From Saccostrea cucullata (Eukaryota), in assembly GCF_032062105.1 (NCBI RefSeq), contig NW_026918302.1:62001-126000 (forward strand): DNA of 64,000 nucleotides, written 5' to 3'. Positions within the stretch are counted from its first letter, which is position 1; each line of letters starts with the position of its first letter. The notes under the pieces are model-generated. The model ran no database searches. It worked only from the letters and a program-made list of their open reading frames with translations, and was not told the origin of the DNA. Of the stretch, positions 1-11,200 are shown in pieces. Both the position numbers and the translations under genes were made by a program.

Positions 1-159
1 GGGGGCTAGGAAGGGGGGGCTTATCCCCCCCTTTTTTGCAAACAAATACATAGTATAGGCATTGAAAATTGGGGTTTACCTTTTTTTGTTGGTTTAGCCC
101 CGCCAACCCCCCCCCCTTTTCAATTTGCTTCCGAAGCCTATGAATAATATAAATGCATC

Positions 160-479
160 TTTTTTCCACAAAAAAGTGGCTAATAAATTTAGATTCTATA
201 CATTTAGTGCATTTGCAAATGCTTCAAAATTATTGACGCAACTAAAGACACTGTGAGCACAGAGTTCGAAAAACGATACTCCTGGCTCCCATTTGATTAT
301 AATGGCAATGTACTTTTTTCTCTAGGAGACTTAGTTTAAGTATCAGATCAAAAAGTATAGAAAGAATTTGTGAAAGTTACATTAAATTTTAATCAGTGGT
401 GCATGTATAGGAGAGGTTGCGGAAAAGAGATGGGTATCCTTCAATATTATACTAGATAGGATGGTTGTTTCCATGTTTT
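160..479. repeat. Diverged direct duplicate of 2063-2403 (C1qDC upstream region); boundary of a ~1.9-kb tandem duplication unit
   Basis: Shared collinear blocks: AAAAAAGTGGC, CAAAATTATTGACG, GATTA.AATGGCAA, AAAGAATTTGTGAA, GTTGCGGA.AAGAGATGGGTA.CCTTCAATATTATA. Confidence 0.8.
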
Positions 480-668
480 ATAAACAAGGCCGGGTCACAT
501 TCTGAGTGGTTTCAAAGCCTTTTAATCTAAATGGAAAGAAAATATAATTTTAATATATTTTTGGGAAATAACATGTAGATGAAGATTCTGAAGTATATTT
601 AAACATTCTTTTTATTATTCTCGTATTGATGAAAACTTTGCAGAAGAAGTCATTGTGGTCAATAAAGT

Positions 669-1805
669 CTAATTTAGTCTCCATCCAGAGAAAGACGTAC
701 GTCCACCAGGCCCACTTTCTATGTTCCCAGAATTGGCCCCGGATTGTGTTCTGATGAAAACCTCATCCCCTTGGTTAACGTGAATGACTACCGTACGACT
801 GACCGTGTGGTCTCCGGTGGGGGCGTAGAGATAGACCACGCCCATAACGTTGTGGTTGTGCACCAGTTCCGCTCGGTGGTAAGAACCGTTGAATAAACGC
901 ATGGACCATGAAAAAACATAAAAGCCAGTTCGGGGAGCGATGAAAACTCCAGTGGTATTGCGATATCCGTTTCCAGCATTGGTGATTATTTTATCAAAGA
1001 TGAGAGTGCGCGAGGCACCAGGGTCAATGCTGTCACCCGTCATATACGCATAAAAAGCTATGACGTCTTTATATATACTTGTAGGAGGTGCATGGGTTGT
1101 AGGAAGTGGTAGCAATAGCCTTTCTGTGGAGAAAAAGTTTCTTTTAAAAGTGATTGCAGCAAACCATTTAATGAAGACCATCAACAACTTTGAATTCAGT
1201 GAAATTTGATTTTATAAATACAGAAAAGTATTATGAAAAAGAGGAGGGGACCCAAATTGCAATTTTCAATGCCTTTATTATTTTGTCTATCTTTTCAAAA
1301 AAGCGGGGGGAGGAGGGGGGGGGGGGCTAAGACCCCCTCGGTTTTGACGCTTATTTTTGAGTAATATGTCAATATTAACTATACCTTTTCTGATTTTTGA
1401 GATACCCTTCCTTTCTGTAGCTTTTGTCGACTCTCTATCTTCTTCCACTTGTTGTAATGAACTCTTCTTAATTTATCCGTTTTCATATTTTAACTTCGAA
1501 TGGTCATCTTTGCGTTGACTACTTTGAAACATTTTCTCAATGTCCGACAAAGCACCAATCAGATATTTATTTTCGTTTTTCAGTTTGATTATTTCCGTCT
1601 TCTGTTGTTGAAAACCAGCTGAGAGTTCAGAAACTTTTCTCATAAGAAAGTCAATTTTTTCTTGCTGAATGTGAAAAAATTTCTCATCGGAACATAACTT
1701 TTTCCCTTCGACATCTGCCGAGTGGATTTCCAATCCCGGGTGACCCAAAACACAGATTACATTAAGGAAACCAAAAAGAATACATAACATGTTACTTGTT
1801 TCCAT
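669..1805 (-). pseudogene. C1q domain-containing (C1qDC) gene: signal peptide + coiled coil + globular C1q; two exons; in-frame premature stop in exon 1
   Basis: Exon 1 runs 1805-1385 (METSNMLCILFGFLNVICVLG signal peptide, then coiled coil; donor AAAAG|GTATAG, phase 1). Exon 2 runs 1123-669 (acceptor CCACAG|; ERLLLP...IAFYAYM...LIFDKIITNAGNGYRNTTGVFIAPRTGFYVFSW...VIHVNQGDEVFIR...TSFSGWRL, a gC1q domain). TAA at 1473-1475 interrupts exon 1, but 29 more sense codons follow and splice in frame to exon 2. Confidence 0.85.
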
Positions 1806-1866
1806 ATTAAGACACCGACCGATTAACAATATATTCTGATGATCTATATTCTTATCAGTTTGATTG

Positions 1867-1990
1867 CACAGGCTCTTGACGTTTTTAACCTTTCTTTTCG
1901 TAAATAAAAATATCTCCTGTACTATATTATTATAGTACAGGGGATATTTTTATTTATGAAGAGAAAGGTTAAAAACGTCAAGCACCTGTG
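1867..1990. mobile_element. 124-bp fold-back (palindromic MITE-like) element about 60 bp upstream of the C1qDC start codon
   Basis: CACAGG..CTTGACGTTTTTAACCTTTC...CCTGTACTATA pairs with TATAGTACAGG...GAAAGGTTAAAAACGTCAAG..CCTGTG; arms about 60 bp, loop a few nt. Confidence 0.75.
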
Positions 1991-2062
1991 TTTAATTGCT
2001 CTAGTCCTAAGATTAAAATACATACATTAGGTATTCCTCAAGAAACAAAATCACATAGATAC

Positions 2063-2403
2063 TTTTTTTCGCAAAAAAGTGGCAAATAGTTTTTACATGA
2101 TATACACTTCGTGCAGTTGCGAATGTTTCAAAATTATTGACGAGACTAGAGACAATGTGAGCATTGAGCTCACAAAACGATACCACATCCCATATGATTA
2201 CAATGGCAAATACTTTTTTTCCTCTGGGAGACTCGAAATAAGTGTCAGATCAGAAAGTAAATAAAACAGGACGTCACAATGGCACTATGTAAGAAAGAAT
2301 TTGTGAATGTCATAAAAAATTTTATTCAGTGGTACAGGAGGAGTTGCGGATAAGAGATGGGTACCCTTCAATATTATAAATAGAATGGTTGTATCCCTGT
2401 TTT
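2063..2403. repeat. Diverged direct duplicate of 160-479
   Basis: Same collinear blocks as 160-479. Confidence 0.8.
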
Positions 2404-2925
2404 GCTATGAAAAACCAAAAAAGAAATATGTGTCAATCTAATAGTAATATATAGGAGGTGCACAATGACACTACAAGTGATTATGGTAGATATGAAATCA
2501 GTGTTTCCAGTATTAATGTCTGATTGACAAAATTTAATATAAACTATAACACAGATCTAACAACTTTGACACATGATGCATATTCTTTACACAGCCCCAT
2601 TTTATGTATTTCACTGACCCTGAATGGATAATTTTGGTTCCAAGGTCATTTATACATAAATGTATGTGTTGCAACAAATCTTACAATTAATTTATGTTTT
2701 GTCATTATTTTTGAGTATCACTTAATGTATTGATTTTTAGAAGTAAGATCACTTCAAACTGGTACTCATATCCTGGTACTGTTTTCTCTAATTAACCTCA
2801 GACTACGACGCAAAGGTTTAAGAGACACATACACATGTTTATTTAATTTTTTAAAGTTTTTTTTCATAACAATGACTTTCAAAATGCCATAAATAATGTA
2901 AATTTTATTAGTTTAAAAAGTGCAG

Positions 2926-5900
2926 TCATTTTGAAGGTTTCCTCATGTTATGCCACCATTTAATTACAGCTTCCCTCTTTTTCCAGATAAGATCCTGTCC
3001 ATATTTCATATACCATCTGAAAAACAAAAGTCGTGAAGTGTCAGTTTTTGTATTTCCTTTTCAGGATTCATGTAAAATCACAAAAAAAAATTATTTAAAA
3101 TACTGAAATTTTATATAGTTCCAAGAAAAATACCTACATGCCAAATAAGGTTCCACCTAAATGTGCAGCATGATCAAAAAATCCCCATCTAAATATAACT
3201 CCCAAGGTATCAAAGGTCACCAATGCTAGTAGACCCTAGGGATGGAAAATACATTTGCAATAATACTGTATTATATTATTCTGATATTCATGGGAAATCA
3301 GAATAGAGAGGCATTTGAATATTTTCTAGTACCGGGTATATAGATCTTTATTTGAAGGATGAATTTAAATGACTCTGTGAATGAGATGCGTTCAACTGAG
3401 AGCAAAGAATGTGCAACACAAGTATACAATAACTATTATTGTTGGTCAGTGTTTCATGTGTAATACTATTACTGGGAAGAAATACTTAATCAGCTGATAT
3501 TATTTTATGTACAACAATGATACAGCTAGAAATGATTCACCTCTAAATCAATCAAGCTAAATTTATCATGTACAAGCAAGAATTTAAAGGAATGAAGTGT
3601 TTGATAAAAAAATACAACTGAATTAATGTCTATATATGTACTCATTGACTGAGCCTTAAATGAGTGTGGGATAATCTGTTCTATAAACGCTATACTGAGT
3701 TGACTATCTGGGTAGATGTAATGTTTATGCTCACTGACTGAGCTGAAAATGAGTGTGGGATAATCTGGTCTATAAACGCTATACTGAGTTGACTATCTGG
3801 GGAGATTTAATGTCTATACTCACTGACTGAGCTGAAAATGAGTGTGGGATAATCTGGTCTATAAACGCTATACTGAGTTGACTATCTGGGTAGATTTAAT
3901 GTCTATACTCACTGACTGAGCTGAAAATGAGTGTGGGATAATCTGGTCTATAAACGCTATACTGAGTTGGCTATCTGGGTAGGTAAGACAGGTGGCTCCA
4001 ATCAAGGCACATATAGCACCTGACTAAACGACAGAAAAAATACCATTCAACAACACAATAAAAGAATGCAGACAATCTGTACTGACCTTAACTGATAATG
4101 CATTCTGGAACTTGAATATTTCAAATTATGATTGTAAGAACTTATTTATAGCAAATTTAATAACTAAAAAATCTGATAGAATCTACAAGACAAAGTATGC
4201 TTTTCTAAAAACGAAAATATGATATGCTAGTAAAGTTTTAGTATCAGCTCACCGCTCCTACAGAAGGGGTTGGAATCTTCCAGGCAACCTTGTTACACAT
4301 GCTCACAAAAGATGAAACAGCAGCTACAAGAAGAACAAAGAAAACAAATTAGATTAGTAAATTAAATAGAAAAAATCTCCTCTAAAAAAAAACTCACTGG
4401 CAAATAAGAGGCACTCATAAACCCTTAAAGCCACAAAGAAGAGGCATTATAATTATTACAGATCTGCCCTTTAAGAATTATACACATAAACATGATAAAG
4501 TATAGTATTTAAAGGACATTATCCTTATTAAGAGTCTTTTTAACAGACTTATGCCCCTATAATGTCATAAAGGTTTATGGTCATTATTTAGCTTCAAATA
4601 TTTCCCACATTAATATTTCTTTTTTTTTCATTTGAAAGTGATTGTCATTACGTTCTACAGAGAGAGATAAAATTGATATTTTTATGCTTTAAAAGGAAAC
4701 AATATTGATTACTAGTAATCAAAGAATGGGCTCCTCTCGTTTAACAAACTGCAGTATATATATATATATATAAATAGACCACTAACCACCACTCAGATAA
4801 ACTCCTAGAAACTGTTCCTTTCCAAACATGCTAAGAGTAACAGTAGAAAAACTCAACAGGACATACATATTACAGAACAGGTGGAGGAAGTTCTCATGGC
4901 TGAAGGCCGCAAAAAAGCTCCCCAGGACGGACTGTTCTGAAAAAGAACAAACAATTAATATTCTTTGACAACAGTGAGAAAATAGCAAGTCTGATTTGAA
5001 TTATAAAAGTTGTAACTTTTGACATCATACAATAGTTAAAATGTAATTTGTTATACTAAAGTACAAGCATTTAATATTTATTGACAATGGTGAGAAAATA
5101 CAGTAAGCATCAATGTTTTACTTTCTATATACCTTTACAAGGAGAGCATAAAAAATATCTCTGCATAAAGGGATAAATCCTGGGAATCTTCCATAAAACG
5201 TAAACAAAAGCATTGATCACAACAATGCCACTCACTAGGTTTGTCTGCAAGTAAAATTTAAAAAATAAATCTTGTCGTGGAAGAAAATATAAATTGCTTT
5301 ATTCATTTACATATGATTCAATGTATTTCCTCAAATAAAAATTATTTTAAACAAGAGATGTTTGTAAAACACTTATGCCCCTGTCACCCAAATAATTAGA
5401 ATTTTCTTAGTTGAAGGGGCATAACTCTGTCCAAAATGGTCCAATCTTACCCAAAACAAAACTTGATCTTGATATTCTAACGATAAATCTGTATACGAAA
5501 TTTCATTTCAATATGTGCAACCTCTGTAAAGAAAATGAACGGAAACTGGTGGTGGACCCACAGACAAACTGACAGATCGACCAACTGACAGACAGCAGCA
5601 AAGCATTTGCCCTCCCTTCTTCTAAGGGGGCATGAAAAATATTCCATTATACTTCTATTCAAAAAGTTACCAGTGTATTTTTTTCTAACTTGTATAAGTA
5701 AAGCATACCGGTATTACATCACATAACACATACCCTCAGCTGGTATATTGATTTATTACTGCTACTTACAACTTCTATGAAGTGATTTTTGAATGCTCCA
5801 TGGTTGAAGTACAATTGTTGCTTCATTGCTTGAATTTTTTTCTTTATGTTTTCATACTCCCAAATCATGGCACCTGTGAAACTGCACCCACATACCTACA

Positions 5901-7957
5901 TTAAATGTACGAAAAAATTATTTGAAGATATGAAAAATTTAGAAAATGAAATGAAACAAAGACAATTTTCACAGAAGAGGAGAAAGAGGAGAAAATGTAA
6001 TTGAACTAATGATATCCTATTGTCAATATGTATAGCACCAGCAACTAGCAAGTCTTATATAATAAATTTAATTTGATAATTCAACTGATTCAGGAATTGA
6101 AAAATATTAAATAAGACCGCGGAACATTAACTGGCAAAATTGGAAATATACAGCTTACGTCATTTCTATCTGTTACAATCAAAACATTCAGTGATAGATA
6201 ACGAAATGGGCGGGTACAATTCGACGCGGACGTTTGGAAAACATCGGATTGAAATTGCAGATCGAAATTCATTTTCAATCCACCTGAGATGTTTTGAAAG
6301 CAAAGAGTGAATGTATGATCCAAAAATCAACTATATCTCAACTCCCAAATACATATTGTTGTTATAATTTTAAGAACGAGAAAGGTCATACAAGACAAAG
6401 ATTGTTTTTCAGGAGATATTTGATTCTAGAAGGGGGGGGGGGGGGGGGGGGGTAAAAATTGTCGAGTCAGGTCATGGCTTAATTAACATGACAATATATT
6501 TTATTTCTAGGATTATAAGAGTGCATGAGTTTTATACTTATTTTCGCTGAAAACTGTTGGACAACTTTATTAAAAAATCGTTCACCCCCCCCCCCCCCAC
6601 CACCACCACCATCACCAACACTAAGATATACATGTATATACCGAACAGAAATGAAATATTTGTCCCTTAAATAGTTATTCATTTAAAACACTAGACAAAA
6701 AAATTCAAACTGTACCAAAATTGAAATTATTTGTCTTCTGGGTCAATCAGTAATAATGTGCCTTCTAGCGTAGCTGAGGTGGATTGAAAATGAATCCGAT
6801 GTTTTCCAAACGTCCGCGTCGAATTGTACCTGCCCATTACATTGTCTATCACTGAATGTTTTGATTGTAACAGATAGAAATGACGTAAGCTGTATATTTC
6901 CAATTTTGCCAGTTAATGTTCCGCGGTCTTAACATTAGATTAAATAGAAACAAAAAGGAAAGAATGAACATTGCTTATCATGCTTATGATATGAACACTG
7001 AAGAAAGATCATAAATTATCTGTTCCTTTCTTCTTTAATTGTCTGTCTGTAGAATATGCCATTAAATCTACAATTTTAATTAAGCCTTACTGTGACAGTT
7101 AATAGGAAATGCTTCATGAGAAGAGAACTGTCACTCTCAAAAGGTTGATGTGGACCAAGTTTTGTGCCCCGAGCCCCTCTGATAAACTGTTTGTGCGTAA
7201 AAGAACAGTTGTTTCCCTTTGGCAGGAGAAGTCTTCCTTGACAAGCTTCATTGAAAACATGACTGTGTTTGCATAAAGATGTTAAACTGAAACATAAAAT
7301 ATAGCATGAATTTACCATGTTTACAATAATGCTGCAACCAAATAACTTGAATTACTTCAGAGACAAAAATAGCAATAATTTATTGAAAAATTCTTTTTAG
7401 AGTTCATAAGTGCATGCACTGTGCACAACATTCAATTACACACATTACATAAATGTATAATGACAGAATGGATTAATTGGAATATTTTATGAGTGAAGTT
7501 GACGCCAATTATTTTTTTAAAAATTTGATTCAATGTCCAAGGTCGAATAATTTCTTGTAAAGTTTTTTTTCCATTTCTCAGCAGATTGACTAAAAATGGC
7601 CCAACTCAAAAAGTTTCGTCTAAACTTATCAAAAGAAATCATTCTGGAATTTTCTCATGCCAGTAGCAACTGTTTTAATTTTATATTCACATGATCGTTC
7701 GCCGATTTTGGTGGTAATTTAATATTTCTTGTTTTTAATGGCATGAAGAGATTGGTCCACAAATTCATTCCCATTACAAGTGTAAAAAAGCATACCACAA
7801 CATTGCATAAGGGGTTACAGAAACTGAGGAAATTCGAACTGCAAGAGACAGTGTGACCAAATTAAAAAGAGGATATACATGTCCTCCGTAAAAACTCTCA
7901 CCTTTCCAGTGATCGCTTTGCTGGAAATCTGCATAAAAGTATCAAAGATCCTGGCAT
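2926..7957 (-). CDS. PARL: Presenilin-associated rhomboid-like protease, mitochondrial (9 coding exons)
   Basis: Exons (minus): 7957-7902, 7331-7091, 5895-5770, 5244-5133, 4936-4787, 4323-4253, 4023-3913, 3235-3138, 3016-2926; all GT-AG and phase-compatible. Motifs: GCSFTGAMIWEYE, FSHENFLHLFCNMYVL, GKEQFLGVYLSG, catalytic SVGA|SGA, FFDHAAHLGGTLFG, WYMKYGQDLIWKKRE..WWH. Exon 1 is inferred only from an in-frame ATG and splice phase. Confidence 0.93.
3623..3983 (-). repeat. 89-bp tandem repeat (4 copies) made of the 3' end of PARL exon 7 plus its 5' splice site
   Basis: CTCA(C/T)TGACTGAG recurs at 3641, 3730, 3819 and 3908; the copy at 3908 is the real exon end (TCA|GTGAGT on minus). Confidence 0.95.
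6114..6929. mobile_element. Non-autonomous DNA transposon with long (~150-175 bp) TIRs, TA-flanked, in PARL intron 2
   Basis: TA|AGACCGCGGAACATTAACTGGCAAAATTGG ... CCAATTTTGCCAGTTAATGTTCCGCGGTCT|TA; the inverted match extends inward to about 6285/6778. Confidence 0.9.
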
Positions 7958-8224
7958 TTTGAAGGTTTCATAAGACTACATTCCTGTTTTTCTTTTGAGA
8001 GGTTAATGTTTACGAAGGTTAACTCTCGAAGACACCCGAAAGACACGTGTAGGGATCACCAAAACGTTTTACTCGTACGAAAGTTTAACTTATTTCACTT
8101 GAAGACTGAAATGACTTGAATAGACACATGACAATTCCGACATAGCAGTCAAAATGTAAACAAATTTATTGAGATTTCTGATTCAATATATCATCAAGGA
8201 CGTAGACTTTTGAATTGCAAGAAG
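7958..8224. promoter_or_regulatory. Putative bidirectional promoter/5' UTRs shared by PARL and Rubicon
   Basis: Only 267 bp separate the divergent inferred start codons (7957 on minus, 8225 on plus). No TSS data. Confidence 0.7.
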
Positions 8225-11200
8225 ATGTCAGATGAAGTACACACGGATCATAATTACAGGTTAATTAAAATTCTCTGAGAGATAATCAATGTAAATATTG
8301 AAAATCAACAAAAATATATGATGCGATTGATGGGCGGAGACAACTTTTTATTATTTTGTGTTTCTATAATTTTTGACAATTCAACCATGCTAATTGTAAG
8401 CCAGCCAAGAATACAAAGGTTAAGTCTATAAATTTAAGTAAAATTTTCTCAATTTTTTTTGAAAGGGATAAATCTCCAAAGGTCATTGGAATATTTTTGA
8501 TGTTTCTTAGAATAGGATTACAGAATTACTCAGGTCCAGCACAATCTCTTGATTAAGCTAGATAGCTTTAAAAAGCTATATAGCTTTATTAAGCTATTCA
8601 ATATAGCTTGATAAAGCTATTTATATGCAGTTTTTTTTATATAAACGTTTTTTGAAAGAAAAAAACAAAAAGTCGCAAGTATTTGACTATTCATATATGT
8701 ACTATGGACTATCAAAAATACAACCTAAATCATAGAAAGTTCTTACATTGCTGCTGTTGAATACTTTAAGCAAAATATAAATTTCCATTGTTTGAGTAAC
8801 TGTGTGTGCGGTGAGGCGTGGGTAAGTATGATTGCTTCTCATTGTGCTGAACTGTTACTAATTGATTATCCTGTTGGCCATAACTGGCCTCCTTAATAAT
8901 TTCATTCAAGAAATAACTGTGTGGTCACTCATCAATAGCCCCAAAACTTTTAAAACTTGGAGTACAAAGTCTCTCAAGGAGACACAATGTGGTGAGTGAT
9001 TTTTACATGCATTGTATTCAGAAGAGAACAAAGTTTAATATTTCCACTGCACCTAGGTGCGACTTTTTGCACATGTTGAAAAAATAGCACATTTGAGAAA
9101 AAAGTCTGAGAAAATAGCTTAATCAAGCTATTCCGAATAGCTTAATAAAGCTATATAGCTAAATCAAGCTATATAGCTTAATCAAGAGATTGTGCTGGAC
9201 CTGTTATTATCCCCTCGCGCAACTAGTTGCGGAGGGGATATAGCATCGCGAATGTGCGTATGTGTGTGTGTTAGTGTGTTAGTGTGTGTGTTACACCTTG
9301 TGGGCAAGATTGACAGAAAACCTTTGCATTAACCATTCTCAGCATTTACATACTTGTGTGGCAGTATAAAAGGACGAAGCCTATTCATTTTCAAGTTCAT
9401 TGATGAAATATTTCTTCAGATATCGCATTTTTAATGCCTCGAAACCCTGAAATTTTATGTACGAGTTGACAATAATCATTTGTGGGCAAGATTGACAGAG
9501 AACCTTTGCGTTAACCACTCTCAGCGTTTACATACTTGTGTGACAGTATAAAAAGATGAAGCCTATTAGATTCATTTTCAAGTTCATTGTTGAAATATTT
9601 CTTCATATATGGCATTTTCACTGTCTCGAAACCCTGACATTTTATGTACGAATTGACAATAATCATTTCCGCTAGGGAACCAGTTTAAGAGCCAGTTTTA
9701 AAGTTACGTGAAGCAGATTAGCAACAAGTGTCAAGGAATTTGGAGTGCACGTTATTCCCGAAAGCTGTAATACAATCCACAAGTTCAATTAACCTCTTGA
9801 TGTACATGTACATTATTATTTTTCATTACGAAAAAATACATATTGCCTGGAACTGTGAGATATACTAACATCATGTACATTGTAGGTAGGTAAATAATTA
9901 AAATTACGGAAACTTATTTACATATAGCATACGTGAAAGTTTCTGCTAGGTATAAGGGAAACTGCCCAATTACGTATGCATATTATGCCCCCCCCCCCCC
10001 CTGAAATTATATGCAATTTGATTTTTGATAAAAATAGACATCCTCCACCCCGATAATTTTGTTTAATAAATAAAAAGTGCTGAAAAACAATTTTATATCT
10101 TATATTATACTTTACTGCCCCAAATTAGGTATCCCTGTTATGCCCTCCCTTGACCAAGACGCTATGCATTTTGTATTTTGTAAAAAAAAAATGGATCAAC
10201 ACAATAATTTTGTCAAGAGTAAGGGAGCTGATTGTAATGTTGCGGGTTTAAATCCTTTTGTGGGACCTGGAGACTGGTCCTTCGAATGAGACCTTGTAAA
10301 CCACGGGCCCATGTCCCAATAGATGCTGGCACAAAAAGATCCCTCACTGCTAAATGATCATCAGTGACAGTTCCTATCATAGGAAAGAATGTGTAGCTCT
10401 CTACTTGCAAGCCTTCATATGAGCAAAAAATTCCTGAGAGGGACATTAAACAAAATGCTTTGTACTATCAATCTTTAACATGTTTAACGTTCCTCGAAAG
10501 AATTTCTCTCTTATGAGAGATTGCCATTTCCAGTGAATGTCCAGTCGCGAGGGGTTGCTCCGCTTAGCGGTGCCCTTGTTTTCTGTTCAGTTTGCAAAGA
10601 ATATATGAATAATATAATTTATAGTCTGATCTATATCCTACAAGTATGAATCTTGGTTAACATCCCTACGCTCCTTATATGTCCTCAGTTACACAGCACC
10701 GTCAAAAGAACGTGTATCTTCTTATGAGCCTCTAGCATACTGGAGTGGTCTGATTCCCTCATGCAAGACGAATGCGGGTGGTTTTGCCCTGAATCCTTGT
10801 TCGCTCGGAATGGTTTCGCCCCTTGATTAGCAGACTAATATGAGCAGCTTAATAAAAATTAAAGATGAAAGGCCGCCCTTGTGGGTTTTTTTTTCTATCT
10901 ATACCGATGTTTTATTCGATATACCAAAATTTTTTACAAATATGGCTTCATTTAGAGCTCTGTATCCATTGATGAATCCATTAAGAAAATGTAGGTAAGT
11001 ATTTTTTTTGTTAAACCAAAATATTAAATCTATATATTTATTTATATAGGTCCTATTTATTTGTTTTATTGAAATAAATGAATCGATATATGTTGCATTA
11101 ATTAATTTTAAATTCTTAAAGAATTTCACTCTATATCAGGCATAAAATGATATTCAATGATCTAATTACGTAAAATAAATCACTTAACAGAAGAACATAT

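Noticed and set aside
2927-7969. Identical 15-mer CATTTTGAAGGTTTC overlapping both the PARL stop (2927-2941) and inferred start (7955-7969), resembling a retrocopy TSD
   Set aside because: The gene retains eight introns and has no poly(A) remnant; a few 15-mer matches are expected by chance in 64 kb of AT-rich DNA.
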